Origin: Lentisphaeria bacterium
GTDB taxonomy: Bacteria; Verrucomicrobiota; Lentisphaeria; Victivallales; Victivallaceae
NCBI GenBank assembly: GCA_017443585.1
Contig: JAFSYV010000225.1
Location: 1 to 60,603, forward strand
Length of the DNA: 60,603 nucleotides
Reading direction: 5' to 3'
Shown: piece by piece, positions 24,571-33,990 of the stretch
Numbering within the stretch: the first letter of the stretch is position 1
Layout of the letters: every line of letters begins with the position of its first letter
Program-made: the position numbers and the translations under genes
The notes under the pieces: generated by a model
What the model saw: the letters and a program-made list of their open reading frames with translations, nothing else
What the model was told of the DNA's origin: nothing
The model's database searches: none

Positions 24571-26979
24571 ATGGATCATGCCGCAAAGACCGGAAATGCG
24601 CCGGAACCCGAGGGGAAGGTGGATGGCGTCTGCCGCCGGACCTTTTCTCCGGCTCCGGCCCTGGCCCTGGCCGGAGCGCTGACCCTGCCCGCGCTGACCG
24701 TTTTTGTCGGCAATCTCAATCAGTTTACGCTGAGTCCGGGGCAGGGGATCGGCGCCGCGCTGACTTTTTTCTGCGGAGCGGCTCTGCTTTTCATGCTTCC
24801 CCTTTTTTTCGGCCGGGGGAAACGGTGCTGTCCGTGGATCGCCGCCGGGATGCTGGGCGTGGCCGTCTCGTGCGCCTTGCAGTACCTGGTGCTCGGGGAG
24901 CTTTTTCTCAAGGATTGGCCCGACGGCGGCGAATTCCTGCCGGACATGGTCCTGCTGGCCGTTTTTCATCTCTTCTGCCTGCTCCTGCCCGTGGGGGCGG
25001 CGCTGGTATTTCGAAATTTCTGCGTCCGCCACGGGGGCAAGCTTGCCGCGATCCTGCTTCTGATTCTGGGAACGCCCATGGCGGAGCTGTTTTTCACCCG
25101 CCAAAAGGCGGCGGACTATGATTTCCGCGAATACACCTTTTCGGAAGAAGAGAAATTCGCCTTCGGCCGCCGGGAAAACATCATCCTGCTGGTGGTGGAT
25201 GCCATGAGCGAGAGGACCGCCAAGGTGGTCCTGACGAAATACCCCGAATTGCAGGACTCCCTGCGCGATTTCACCTGCTTCGACCGGATGACCAGTCCCA
25301 TTCCCAGCACGGCCTTTGCCGTTCCCGCCATGCTGACGGGAAAGATGTTCCGGGGAAAATTGCCCCCCGGAAGCATCGCACCTTCCGCGAAATCGGGAAC
25401 TCCGGAGGGGGATGAACATGCCCGCTATCTGAACGAGGCGTTTCGGGACAAGGGGGCGCTTCCGTCCGTCTGCCGGTCCATGGGGTATCGGGTGGAGGGT
25501 TATCCCCTGATCCCCCAATGTCTTTCCCTTTCGCCTGAGGTGATAGACAATTCCCTTCCGATCACGGACGAAGTCCGCGAAATGTCGCTCCGTCAGATCG
25601 TGGAGACCGCTCTCGACCGGCAGCTCCCTTTCTTTCTGAAGCCCTTGTGGGAAAGTATGCATACCTCCGCGCTCACCCCTTTCGTGGAGGAACAGCCGGA
25701 GGGTTTCACCCCCTTCGTGAAGGATTACGATCCCATCTTCTACCGGAAACTCCACCGGGAGTTCCGGGTGGGGAAACACGACAAGGTCTTCAAATACCTC
25801 CATCTGCGGGGCTCCCACGTGCCGGTCGCGACGGATGAAAATCTGGAACTCCGGCCCGGCGTCGAGCGCCACAGGCAGCTGCGGGGCAGTTTGAAAGCAG
25901 CGGAACTGCTGCTGAAGAAGCTCAAGAGCGCGGGCCTCTACGAACGGGCCATGATCGTCATCACGGGCGACCACACCGAGCAGTACCGTCCCGAAACGAT
26001 CACGTTCGTGAAACGGCCCGGCGAAACGCATCGGAAGATCGTTTTCAACTCCGCCCCCTGCCGCGTGGACGAGATCGCGGGGACCATTGCCCGCGAGTGC
26101 GGACTCCGGCCGGAAAGTCCCTCCATCTGCGCCCGGCAGGCAAGGTCCGGCGGGCTCCGGACGCCCCGTGAGAAGGCGCTTGCGGTCTTGCGTCTGCCTC
26201 CGCTCCGGCCGGTCGTCCGACAGGGCCCTCTGGAATACGGGGCCCTCTTCGGCGGGGTGGTCACCCTCGACTCCGGCGGGCTTCAGATCGAAATGGAAGT
26301 CGGCTTCGATCGTTCACGGGGAATCGTCGAATTGTACGCGGAAAATGCGGAAAACGGCCGGAGCGTGATGACCGCGAGCACCTATGAACGGCGTTTCGAC
26401 TGCGTCCGGCTGGAAAAGTTCGACCTGGCTCCGGGAATCTACCGACTTTTCGTGGGCGGGCATTTCGACCCCGGCGCGAGTGCCGCACAGGGCGTGCGGG
26501 CGGTCCGGTACTTCCTCGCGGTGGATGCAAAGGGAATGCGTTTTCTCGCAGAAAGACCTGTTTTGAAGCCCCGGCCTCTGGAATTGGGGGAAAGCGTGAC
26601 GTTCCGCGAAATGGGGCTGTATCCCCAGCTTGTCCTGCCTGAAAAGCACATCCTGAATCACAGAGCTCTTTTGTTGGAGTCGGGCGCGAAACTGGGTGTG
26701 CGGCTGCCTCATGAACAGGGGCCGCTTGCGCTGGAGTTCCATTTTTCGCGCACCCTTTCCATGCAGGCCGGGACGCTGAAGGTGACCGCGGAAGACGGAC
26801 AAAGCGTCCTAAAACGGTTCTCGGGGGAAGAGCCGGAAGATGTCCGGCTGGTGTTGGAAGTCCCGGAACATGCCGGGGAGGCCTGTTTCACCTTCGAATA
26901 CACCTTGTTTTCCCGGAAACCGGTGAATGTCAGGAATCTGCTCAGATTGGAAAAGATCACGCTGAAGAGGAAAAACTGA
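24571..26979 (+). CDS. membrane-anchored sulfatase/alkaline-phosphatase-superfamily protein (LTA-synthase / phosphoethanolamine-transferase-like) with a long C-terminal extension
   Basis: ATG at 24571 with a GGAGAGGGGGAG RBS. About 5 N-terminal TM helices. Then IILLVVDAMSERT...SPIPSTAFAVPAMLTG...LHLRGSHVP...VITGDHTEQ, typical of the sulfatase fold. The last approx. 300 aa are unassigned. Confidence 0.72.
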   Translation: MDHAAKTGNAPEPEGKVDGVCRRTFSPAPALALAGALTLPALTVFVGNLNQFTLSPGQGIGAALTFFCGAALLFMLPLFFGRGKRCCPWIAAGMLGVAVSCALQYLVLGELFLKDWPDGGEFLPDMVLLAVFHLFCLLLPVGAALVFRNFCVRHGGKLAAILLLILGTPMAELFFTRQKAADYDFREYTFSEEEKFAFGRRENIILLVVDAMSERTAKVVLTKYPELQDSLRDFTCFDRMTSPIPSTAFAVPAMLTGKMFRGKLPPGSIAPSAKSGTPEGDEHARYLNEAFRDKGALPSVCRSMGYRVEGYPLIPQCLSLSPEVIDNSLPITDEVREMSLRQIVETALDRQLPFFLKPLWESMHTSALTPFVEEQPEGFTPFVKDYDPIFYRKLHREFRVGKHDKVFKYLHLRGSHVPVATDENLELRPGVERHRQLRGSLKAAELLLKKLKSAGLYERAMIVITGDHTEQYRPETITFVKRPGETHRKIVFNSAPCRVDEIAGTIARECGLRPESPSICARQARSGGLRTPREKALAVLRLPPLRPVVRQGPLEYGALFGGVVTLDSGGLQIEMEVGFDRSRGIVELYAENAENGRSVMTASTYERRFDCVRLEKFDLAPGIYRLFVGGHFDPGASAAQGVRAVRYFLAVDAKGMRFLAERPVLKPRPLELGESVTFREMGLYPQLVLPEKHILNHRALLLESGAKLGVRLPHEQGPLALEFHFSRTLSMQAGTLKVTAEDGQSVLKRFSGEEPEDVRLVLEVPEHAGEACFTFEYTLFSRKPVNVRNLLRLEKITLKRKN

Positions 26980-26994
26980 AACCCTGTTCCTCTG

Positions 26995-27023
26995 TTGATT
27001 TTTCGGTCACGGGGTGCTATATT
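26995..27023 (+). promoter_or_regulatory. sigma70-type promoter of the ECF sigma / kinase pair
   Basis: TTGATT, 17 nt, TATATT, preceded by GTGC. Confidence 0.6.
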
Positions 27024-27066
27024 ACAGGAAAAGAGGGAAATTTGCGGTACGAAAGGGAGTTTCGAA

Positions 27067-27666
27067 ATGGACGGCGCGGCGACGGAACGGATGAACGAGT
27101 GGGCGGACCGGTTTCTCGAATACCGGGAGCAGCTGCTGGCTCTGGCCCGGCGCAACCTCAACTCGGTCCTTTCCCGGCGCTTCTCGCCCGAAGACGTGGT
27201 GCAGGATACGCTGAGTTCCGCCTGTTCCAAGATCGACTTTTTCGAGAACCGCCCCGACGTCCCCGTCTACTTCAAACTGCGGATGCTCCTCTTTCAGACC
27301 ATCAAGGATCTGGAACGGAAGAATCTGCAGGCGCAGAAACGCGACGCCTACAAGGACTTGCCGGTCGCGGAAGGCAATGATACGGCGACGCAGGCCCAAC
27401 TCAGCTGGAATCAGTTCGCCGACACCATGACGGGGCCCGTGACCCAACTCGCCCGCGGCGACCGGTACGCGCTGCTGAGAAAAGCCCTCGAAGGACTTGC
27501 CGAAAACGACAGGAATATTCTGGAAATGCGCCACTTCGACGGCCTCGGCAACGCGGAGTGCGCCCAGCTCCTCGGGATCGAACCGAAAGCCGCCAGCATC
27601 CGCTACGTGCGGGCGCTGGAGCGGCTCCGGCAGAAACTCGCCGAATACACGGAGTTCCGCCCATGA
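27067..27666 (+). CDS. RNA polymerase sigma factor, ECF-type (kinase-associated)
   Basis: 199 aa from the ATG at 27067 (AAGGGAG RBS). Region 2-like VVQDTLSSA and region 4 HTH LGNAECAQLLGIEPKAASIRYVRALERLR. Its stop overlaps the kinase start (ATGA). Confidence 0.82.
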   Translation: MDGAATERMNEWADRFLEYREQLLALARRNLNSVLSRRFSPEDVVQDTLSSACSKIDFFENRPDVPVYFKLRMLLFQTIKDLERKNLQAQKRDAYKDLPVAEGNDTATQAQLSWNQFADTMTGPVTQLARGDRYALLRKALEGLAENDRNILEMRHFDGLGNAECAQLLGIEPKAASIRYVRALERLRQKLAEYTEFRP

Positions 27667-29841
27667 GCGACGGAACTTCTCTCGAAGAGATCGCCGCGGA
27701 GTTTCTGGAGCGACGGGAGGCCGGGGAGCCGTTGACTCCCGAGGCTTTTCTTGCGGAACATCCGGAACACGCCGAAGAGCTCCGGGGCCTCCTCGATCTG
27801 ATGCTGGATATGGACAGGCTCGGGACCGCCAAGACGCAGATAATTCCCCCAGAAGAGACGGTGCCCGGGCGGCCCAATCTGCCCGATTCCGATTACCGCC
27901 TCATCCGCAAGCTCGGCGGCGGCGGCATGGGGGTGGTCTTCGAAGCCGTCCAACTTTCGCTGAACCGGAAAGTCGCGGTCAAACTGCTGAACTCTTCGCT
28001 CCTGACCAGCGCCGAACAGCGGACCGGGTTCGAAAACGAGGCCAGGGTCATCGCGATGCTCCACCACGGAGCTGATCGAGGGCAAAGGCCTCGATTCCTG
28101 CCGCTTCGACGACCTGCGGGAACTGGCCCGGATCGCCCTGCAGGCGGCGCAGGCCCTTGCTTATGCCCACCGCTGCGGCGTCCTCCACCGGGACGTCAAG
28201 CCCGCCAACATGCTGCTGGATCCCGAAGGAAATCTCCACATCGGCGATTTCGGGATCGCCTTCATCCTGACCGGGAACGAGCCCGTGGTCGAAGCACAGG
28301 GCAGCCGGAGCGGCACCTTGCGCTACATGGCCCCCGAACGGCTGGCGAAGGGCGTCAACACCTTTTCCACCGACCAGTACTCCTTCGGCGCGACCTTCTA
28401 CGAGCTGGCGGCGGGGAAGCCCCTGCTTCAGGCGAAGACGCCGGAGGAGCTGAAAAAGCGGATCTGTTCCGCCCCCGTCGAACCCCTTGCCTGCGGGGAG
28501 CCGGAATTTGCGGCGATCATCGACAAGTGTCTCAGCTTCGCCCCACAGGACCGCTACGCGAGCATGGACGAGGCGGCGGCGGACCTTCAGCGCTTCCTGA
28601 ACCGGGAACCCGTCCGGGCCTTCGCCTCCTCGCCCTGGCACCGTTTCTCCTTGTGGTGCCGCAGGAAACCGGCAGTTGCGGCGATGACCTTCGCCTTGCT
28701 GGTCTGCGCGGCGGCATTCGTCGTCTCCCTCATCGCAGGTTACGTTCGGACCCGGGCCGCCCTGCGGCTTGCCGAGCAGAACGCCCGGACGGCCGATGCG
28801 GCGATATCGAAGATCTTCACCCGGATCTCGGAACAGCCCGCTTCGCGGAAGAACACCGAACTGCTTTCCGCCCTGCTGCCCTATTATCAGGCCATCGTCG
28901 AACAGCGGAACATCCCTGCGTCCCGGATCGGCGAGGCCTACGGCGTCATCGGCGAATGCGCCTTGCGGAGCGGGAATTACGTCCTGGCGGAAAAGGCGTT
29001 CCGCAACGTGCTGAAATACCGCCCCGGCGCCCGGTCGATGAACCAGCTGGCGGCGGTGCTGAAGAAGCAGGGGAAAAAGGGCGAAGCCGAGAAGTTATCC
29101 CGTCAGGTGGTCGCGGAGTTCGAAGGCGCGAAGGATGAAAAAGTCCGTTTCGAGGTCGTGCGGGCGCTTCTGGCCCTTTCCGACGCCCCCGACAGCGCCG
29201 AACGGAGCCGCGCTTTCCGGATCCTGGAATCGCTGCTCAAGGAGCAGCCGGGGAATCCCGAATACCGTTTCCAGTACGCCGTCCTGCTGGGCGGCAATCC
29301 GCGGCTTTTCCACTCCCTGCGGATCCCCGGCGTGGAACCCAACGCCGTTGTCCTGCTCTCCCGTCTGGCGGAGGAGCATCCTGATGATCCCGAATACAGC
29401 CTCGCTCTGGTGAATCTGATGCTCCGTCGGTTCCGGATGAGACGGAACATGCGGGATGCGCCCGATCCCCTTGATGACGCGCTCTTCATTTCCGACCGGA
29501 TGCTGGGACGCTGGCCCAACGACCCCCAGATCGTTTCCGCCGCGGTCAGGCTTCATTCCCGTCATATCGAGAGCCTTTTCCGGCGGGGCGACAGTGTCCG
29601 GGCGCTGAAGGAAAACGAACGGCTCCTCAGCATTCTGGAGTTCCAGTTCCACAACCCGGAAAATTCCGATGCGGTCAGGGAGGAGCTGATCCAGCTGCAG
29701 CTGCGCCGCCTCTCCATGATCCGCCGCCGCGGAGCGAAAAAGGAAGAAGAATCCCTGCGGCGGAAAATCGAAAAGGAGCTTCAGCATTACCGCGGCCCGA
29801 AACTCGAAGAATTCCGCAAGCAGCTTGCGGAACGGAAATAG
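27663..29841 (+). pseudogene. Ser/Thr protein kinase with TM segment and TPR-like C-terminal domain, disrupted by an internal deletion/frameshift near 28067
   Basis: Frame 0 from 27663 gives GGGGMGVVFEAVQ..VAVKLL..EARVIAMLHH, then turns into Arg/Pro-rich nonsense. The +1 frame from about 28066 continues with TELIEGKGL..LHRDVKPANMLLD..IGDFGIA..GTLRYMAPE, then a TM segment and a TPR-like region ending at 29841. The usual PNIV...Y.VME segment between the two parts is missing. Confidence 0.65.
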
Positions 29842-29855
29842 GTGCGCTTTCTGAA

Positions 29856-30111
29856 AGCCGAACGTTGGCCTCGACCCCACGCTGTTGTTGGACCCGCAGG
29901 ATTTGTAGGACCAGTAGGACAGACACCTACGCGGGTTTGCAGTGTACCGTTCTCCGCCTTTATTTGCGAACCGCGGCAACTGGAGAGCAGGGCCCCCCGA
30001 AAAAATACCCCGTCAGCCCGCGGAGCGGGGGAGGCACCGCTCTCGATGCCGACGGGTATTTTTGGGGGATGGCGACAGTTGCCGCGCAGAGTCGAAGCCG
30101 ACGTTCGGCCC
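29856..30111. repeat. composite palindromic intergenic element, copy B, with a nested palindromic insertion
   Basis: Arms AGCCGAACGTTGGCCTCGAC and GTCGAAGCCGACGTTCGGCCC. Conserved block TTATTTGCGAACCGCGGCAACT. The loop of the CGGCAACT/AGTTGCCG hairpin is expanded by about 85 bp. The expansion includes a stem of about 18 bp: CCCCCGAAAAAATACCCCGTC...GACGGGTATTTTTGGGGG. Fills the gap between two convergent genes. Confidence 0.85.
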
Positions 30112-30119
30112 TCTGTTTT

Positions 30120-30971
30120 TTACGCTTCGGCTTCGGCGAGGTCGATGTGCATCCACGAGGCCACGGTGCGGCCCATGATGTCGGCGATGATCGCGGCGGG
30201 GACGCCGATGCGTTTGAGCAGACGCTCGTAGTGGGCGGCCCCCTCGGTCATGACCTGGGGGTAGGTCACGTAGGCGTCCGACCCCAGCACCAGCTTGCGG
30301 AAGTTTTTCATGGAAGGATCCACTTCGGCGGTGTCGGGCTTGAGCATTTCCGCCAGATCGGCGGGCTGCATCCGGAGCCACTGGCCGCAGCCCCCCAGGT
30401 CGGCGTAGAGATTTGCGTGCATCTTGATGTACTGGCTCGCCTCGTCCTGAAAGATCCGCGTCCCCATGTGGGCCATGACGATTTTGAGATTCTGGAAGGA
30501 GCGGGCGATGCGGTCCAGATTGATGGGGTTCATGTTCTTCAGCACGGGCCGCCGGTAGATCTCGTCGGCGGGATTGGGGCGATAGTTCCCCGTGTGGAAG
30601 AGGAGGGGCAGTCCGCACTCGGCGGCGGCCTCGTAGACGGGCATGTAGATGTCGTGGTCGTACTCATACCAGGGGTAGATGCACTTGAACCCCCGGACCC
30701 CCTTTTCGGCGTAGTGGTAGACTTCTCCCGGATCGGCGGTCCGCCACAGGTCCAGCTTGGCCAGGGGGAGGAAGCAGTCCGGGTACTTTTTGCAGATGGC
30801 GATGACCTCGTCGTTGGGCAGAAAGTCGTGTCCGCCGTAGCGGAGCCCGCCCGAGAGGCAGGCGATCGTGCCCTCCTTCCGGCACTGCCGGGCGAGAAAT
30901 TCAAGCTTTTCGGGATCGTTGCTGTCGCAGTGGACGTGGATGTCCAGTTTCGTCGTGGGCACTTCTTTCAT
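30120..30971 (-). CDS. amidohydrolase-2-type metal-dependent TIM-barrel hydrolase
   Basis: 283 aa. KLDIHVHCD metal motif. Similar in layout to the 4916-5800 protein. Confidence 0.82.
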   Translation of the reverse strand: MKEVPTTKLDIHVHCDSNDPEKLEFLARQCRKEGTIACLSGGLRYGGHDFLPNDEVIAICKKYPDCFLPLAKLDLWRTADPGEVYHYAEKGVRGFKCIYPWYEYDHDIYMPVYEAAAECGLPLLFHTGNYRPNPADEIYRRPVLKNMNPINLDRIARSFQNLKIVMAHMGTRIFQDEASQYIKMHANLYADLGGCGQWLRMQPADLAEMLKPDTAEVDPSMKNFRKLVLGSDAYVTYPQVMTEGAAHYERLLKRIGVPAAIIADIMGRTVASWMHIDLAEAEA

Positions 30972-31008
30972 ACTTCACCTCGCAGATGGAATGAACGCAA
31001 AACGCCGT

Positions 31009-31037
31009 AATATACACCCGCTTCGGGGCATTGTCAA
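31009..31037 (-). promoter_or_regulatory. sigma70-type promoter of the 30120-30971 gene
   Basis: Minus strand reads TTGACA, 17 nt, TATATT. Confidence 0.62.
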
Positions 31038-31074
31038 GAAATTTCGGAGCTGTGGAGCAGGGGAGATTTCCCGT

Positions 31075-31103
31075 TTGCAAAAATATTCTGCCGGTGGTAT
31101 ATT
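31075..31103 (+). promoter_or_regulatory. sigma70-type promoter of the alpha/beta-hydrolase lipoprotein gene
   Basis: TTGCAA, 17 nt, TATATT, preceded by GTGG. Confidence 0.6.
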
Positions 31104-31146
31104 AGTAGGATGGCAATGCGGTATGATTTTTCGACAGGAGAACGAC

Positions 31147-33114
31147 ATGGTGAAAGATCCGTTGAAGCGCTTGATTCTGGTCCCGGCGTTGTGCGTTGCG
31201 GGACTGCTGCTGCAGTCCTGTACGCCGTTCCGGGCCAGGGAGGTCGATCTGGAAAAACGTTCCGAGCAGGAGTCCCAGAGCTATTACCGGTTTTCCGCGG
31301 GCGGCGGGGACCGCCTTTCCTTCGAGAGCCGGAACTATCTTTCCAGCAACCTGCTGATGGCGGATTTCCGCAACGATGGAGAAAAGCTGATCCGCCGGCT
31401 GGCCATCCGCCACGAAATAGAACCTTCACGGATGCTGCTCTCTGTCCTCAGCGACGTCTGTTTCCAGCTGGCGCAGCAGGCTTCCGACCGGGATGCCGCC
31501 CTGAGGTACGATCTGGCGGCGGTCTACTACGCCTCGCAGCTGCTTTTCGACGAAAGATTCCGGAACTCCGGCCTCGGCAATTACGATCCCTCCATATTTC
31601 AGACCGCGCGAATCTACAACGGCGCGCTGGCCCGGCTCTATGCCGAACTCACCCGCCGCGACCTGCTGCTCAAGGGGCGCTACCGGCTCCAGACGGCCAA
31701 CGGGCAGGACGTCATTTTCGACATGCCCCATTACGATCTGATCTATCCGGCCTCCTCCTATAAGAAATTCATGCTCTGTTCCGACTTCCGGATCCGGAAT
31801 CTTTTCCACTTCACCTACGAATTCGGTCTCGGGGTGCCGGTCATCGCCCTCACCAACGAACAGACGCATTACAAGAATCTCCTCACGGCCGCCCCTATCG
31901 CCCACGGGGCCACGGCCTTCATCCGGTTCCGGGCCGCGGAAAAAGGCGAAGCCGCACGGGTGATGCATGCAAGACTCGAATTCTACGACAACGACCGGAT
32001 CCGGACCGTTCAGGTCGGGAAGCAGGTCGTCCCTTTGATTTTCGACTACTCCACCCCCTTTGCCTACTACATTTCCACCCTGCCGGACATGAACGTGCTG
32101 GACTACGCCCTCAATCCCGACCGTTTCAAGTCGGGGCTTTATACCCTGGAACCCTATCAGCCCAACAAGATCCCCGTGGTGCTGGTCCACGGCCTGCTTT
32201 CGAGCATCCACACCTGGATGCAGATGGTCAACACCCTCAAGAACGATCCGGAGATCCGGAAACACTGTCAGTTCTGGTTCTTCACCTATTCCAGCGGCAA
32301 TCCCATTTTGTATTCCGCTTCCATGCTCCGCCAGAGCCTTCAGGCTGCCCGTGACGAACTGGCCACGACCCCCGAATCGCAGGCGGCCTTCGACCGCATG
32401 GTCATCATCGGGCACAGCATGGGCGGCCTGATCTCCAAGACGCTCCTCCAGGACCCCGGCGATCAGCTGATCCGCAAGGCCGCGAAACGGCCCTGGAAGG
32501 AGATCGAATCCATGTTCACGCCGGAGCAGAAGGAGCTCATCGAAAAACTCGCCCTTTACAAGAGCGTTCCCTCGGTCCGGAGGGTGCTCTTTCTGGCCGT
32601 CCCCCACCGGGGGGCGAACATGGCCCGGTATTTTCAGGTCCGCCTGATCTCCCGGCTGATCAAGCTTCCGGGGAACGTCGCCAGCGGGCTGTCCGGAGCG
32701 ATGAAACGGTATCTCGGCAAGCAGAAAGGAAAACCCTTCGAAATCAGGAACTACACCGGATTGGACGGGCTCAACCCCACTGACCGGATCCTCCGGGCGG
32801 TGAGCGAAATTCCCCTCAAGGCGGATGTGCCGATCCACTCCATCATCGGCAACCGCGCACAGGCCACTCCCGGCGGCACCGACGGCGTGGTCGAGTACTC
32901 CAGTTCCCATCTGAACGAGGTCCGCAGCGAGCTGGTCGTCCACTCCGGACACAGTGTGCAGGTCCACCCCATGGCGATCCACGAAGTGCGGCGGATCCTG
33001 CGGGAACATCTGCGGGAAGAAAAGGTCTGCCACGAGCTGCCCGCCGCCCCCATCCCTGCCGAGGAAGAGAAAAAGGCGTCCGGCGAAGCCGCCCCTCCTG
33101 CCGCGAAGCAATGA
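31147..33114 (+). CDS. lipoprotein with C-terminal alpha/beta-hydrolase (lipase/esterase-like) domain
   Basis: ATG at 31147. MVKDPLKRLILVPALCVAGLLLQSC contains a lipobox. Nucleophile elbow VIIGHSMGGL. The approx. 340-aa N-terminal region is unassigned. The ORF-track start at 30868 overlaps the divergent gene and promoters. Confidence 0.78.
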   Translation: MVKDPLKRLILVPALCVAGLLLQSCTPFRAREVDLEKRSEQESQSYYRFSAGGGDRLSFESRNYLSSNLLMADFRNDGEKLIRRLAIRHEIEPSRMLLSVLSDVCFQLAQQASDRDAALRYDLAAVYYASQLLFDERFRNSGLGNYDPSIFQTARIYNGALARLYAELTRRDLLLKGRYRLQTANGQDVIFDMPHYDLIYPASSYKKFMLCSDFRIRNLFHFTYEFGLGVPVIALTNEQTHYKNLLTAAPIAHGATAFIRFRAAEKGEAARVMHARLEFYDNDRIRTVQVGKQVVPLIFDYSTPFAYYISTLPDMNVLDYALNPDRFKSGLYTLEPYQPNKIPVVLVHGLLSSIHTWMQMVNTLKNDPEIRKHCQFWFFTYSSGNPILYSASMLRQSLQAARDELATTPESQAAFDRMVIIGHSMGGLISKTLLQDPGDQLIRKAAKRPWKEIESMFTPEQKELIEKLALYKSVPSVRRVLFLAVPHRGANMARYFQVRLISRLIKLPGNVASGLSGAMKRYLGKQKGKPFEIRNYTGLDGLNPTDRILRAVSEIPLKADVPIHSIIGNRAQATPGGTDGVVEYSSSHLNEVRSELVVHSGHSVQVHPMAIHEVRRILREHLREEKVCHELPAAPIPAEEEKKASGEAAPPAAKQ

Positions 33115-33144
33115 TCCCGGCGTGAAGTTTCCCCGCGGAACGCC

Positions 33145-33173
33145 TTGCAAAAAGGGAAACGGCGTGCTACATT
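33145..33173 (+). promoter_or_regulatory. sigma70-type promoter of the PHP / histidine-phosphatase / metallophosphoesterase operon
   Basis: TTGCAA, 17 nt, TACATT, preceded by GTGC. Confidence 0.55.
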
Positions 33174-33240
33174 ATGACTTGTCCCGCATCGGTTTTGGCA
33201 AGCGGGACGTCGTCGTAACTTTTCATGCGGGGGGATCGTC

Positions 33241-33990
33241 ATGCTCATTCGAAGCGATTATCACATTCACGCTTCCTTTTACCGGGTGAAAAAAGAGGGC
33301 GCCGAGCCGGGGCCCACGGCCGCGGAACAGCTGGCCGCCGCCCGTGCCGCAGGTACCGAGCTGGTGGGGATCGTGGAGCACTGCAACGACGCCCCCCATC
33401 ATCCCTTCCGGTGTCTCGAGGAGCTTTCGGCGGAGTACCACGCCCCCGGCTTCCCCCGCGAAAAGGTCTTCCTTGGGGTGGAGGCCGACCTGGCCGAAGA
33501 CGGCTCCGACCGCTGCGGTCGGGAGGGGAGGGCAAAGCTGGGACTCCACTACGTCATCGGGTCGGTCCACGTTTCCCCGGTGAAGTGTCCGGATTTTTCC
33601 GTTTACCTCGAATACGAGTATAAGCGGATCGCCAATGCGCTCATGAACAACGCCAACGTGGAGATCATCGGCCACCCCTTCGGGGAAGGGATCCGGTGGG
33701 AGAAGGCCGGGATCATCCCCAAGTGGCACTGGGGCCTCATCCCGGAGCGGTTCCTCGCCGAAATACTCCGCCTGGCGAAGGAGTCGGGCAAGGCCCTCGA
33801 AGTCAACCGCTGCGATTTCACCGACGGCGTCTATCTGGACTTCCTCAAGGAAATCAAGACGGGAAAGATCCTTTTCTCCGTCGGCTCCGACGCCCACGGC
33901 ACCCGGTCGGTGGGCAACGCCGTCACGCGGACTCAAGTCCTCGAAGTGCTGGGATTTCAGGAAAGTTGCCACTGGAGACCGAAAGCATGA
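33241..33990 (+). CDS. PHP-domain (histidinol-phosphatase-like) metal-dependent phosphoesterase
   Basis: 249 aa. N-terminal SDYHIHAS, and later GIVEHCN and GSDAHG motifs typical of PHP domains. Confidence 0.78.
   Translation: MLIRSDYHIHASFYRVKKEGAEPGPTAAEQLAAARAAGTELVGIVEHCNDAPHHPFRCLEELSAEYHAPGFPREKVFLGVEADLAEDGSDRCGREGRAKLGLHYVIGSVHVSPVKCPDFSVYLEYEYKRIANALMNNANVEIIGHPFGEGIRWEKAGIIPKWHWGLIPERFLAEILRLAKESGKALEVNRCDFTDGVYLDFLKEIKTGKILFSVGSDAHGTRSVGNAVTRTQVLEVLGFQESCHWRPKA

Noticed and set aside
27558-29138. A 526-aa ORF that looks like an intact kinase gene.
   Set aside because: Only residues 36 to about 170 (from the ATG at 27663 to about 28067) are kinase-like. After LHH the frame becomes Arg/Pro-rich nonsense, while the remaining kinase motifs appear in the +1 frame. 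I interpret this as a frameshifted gene, not a 526-aa protein.
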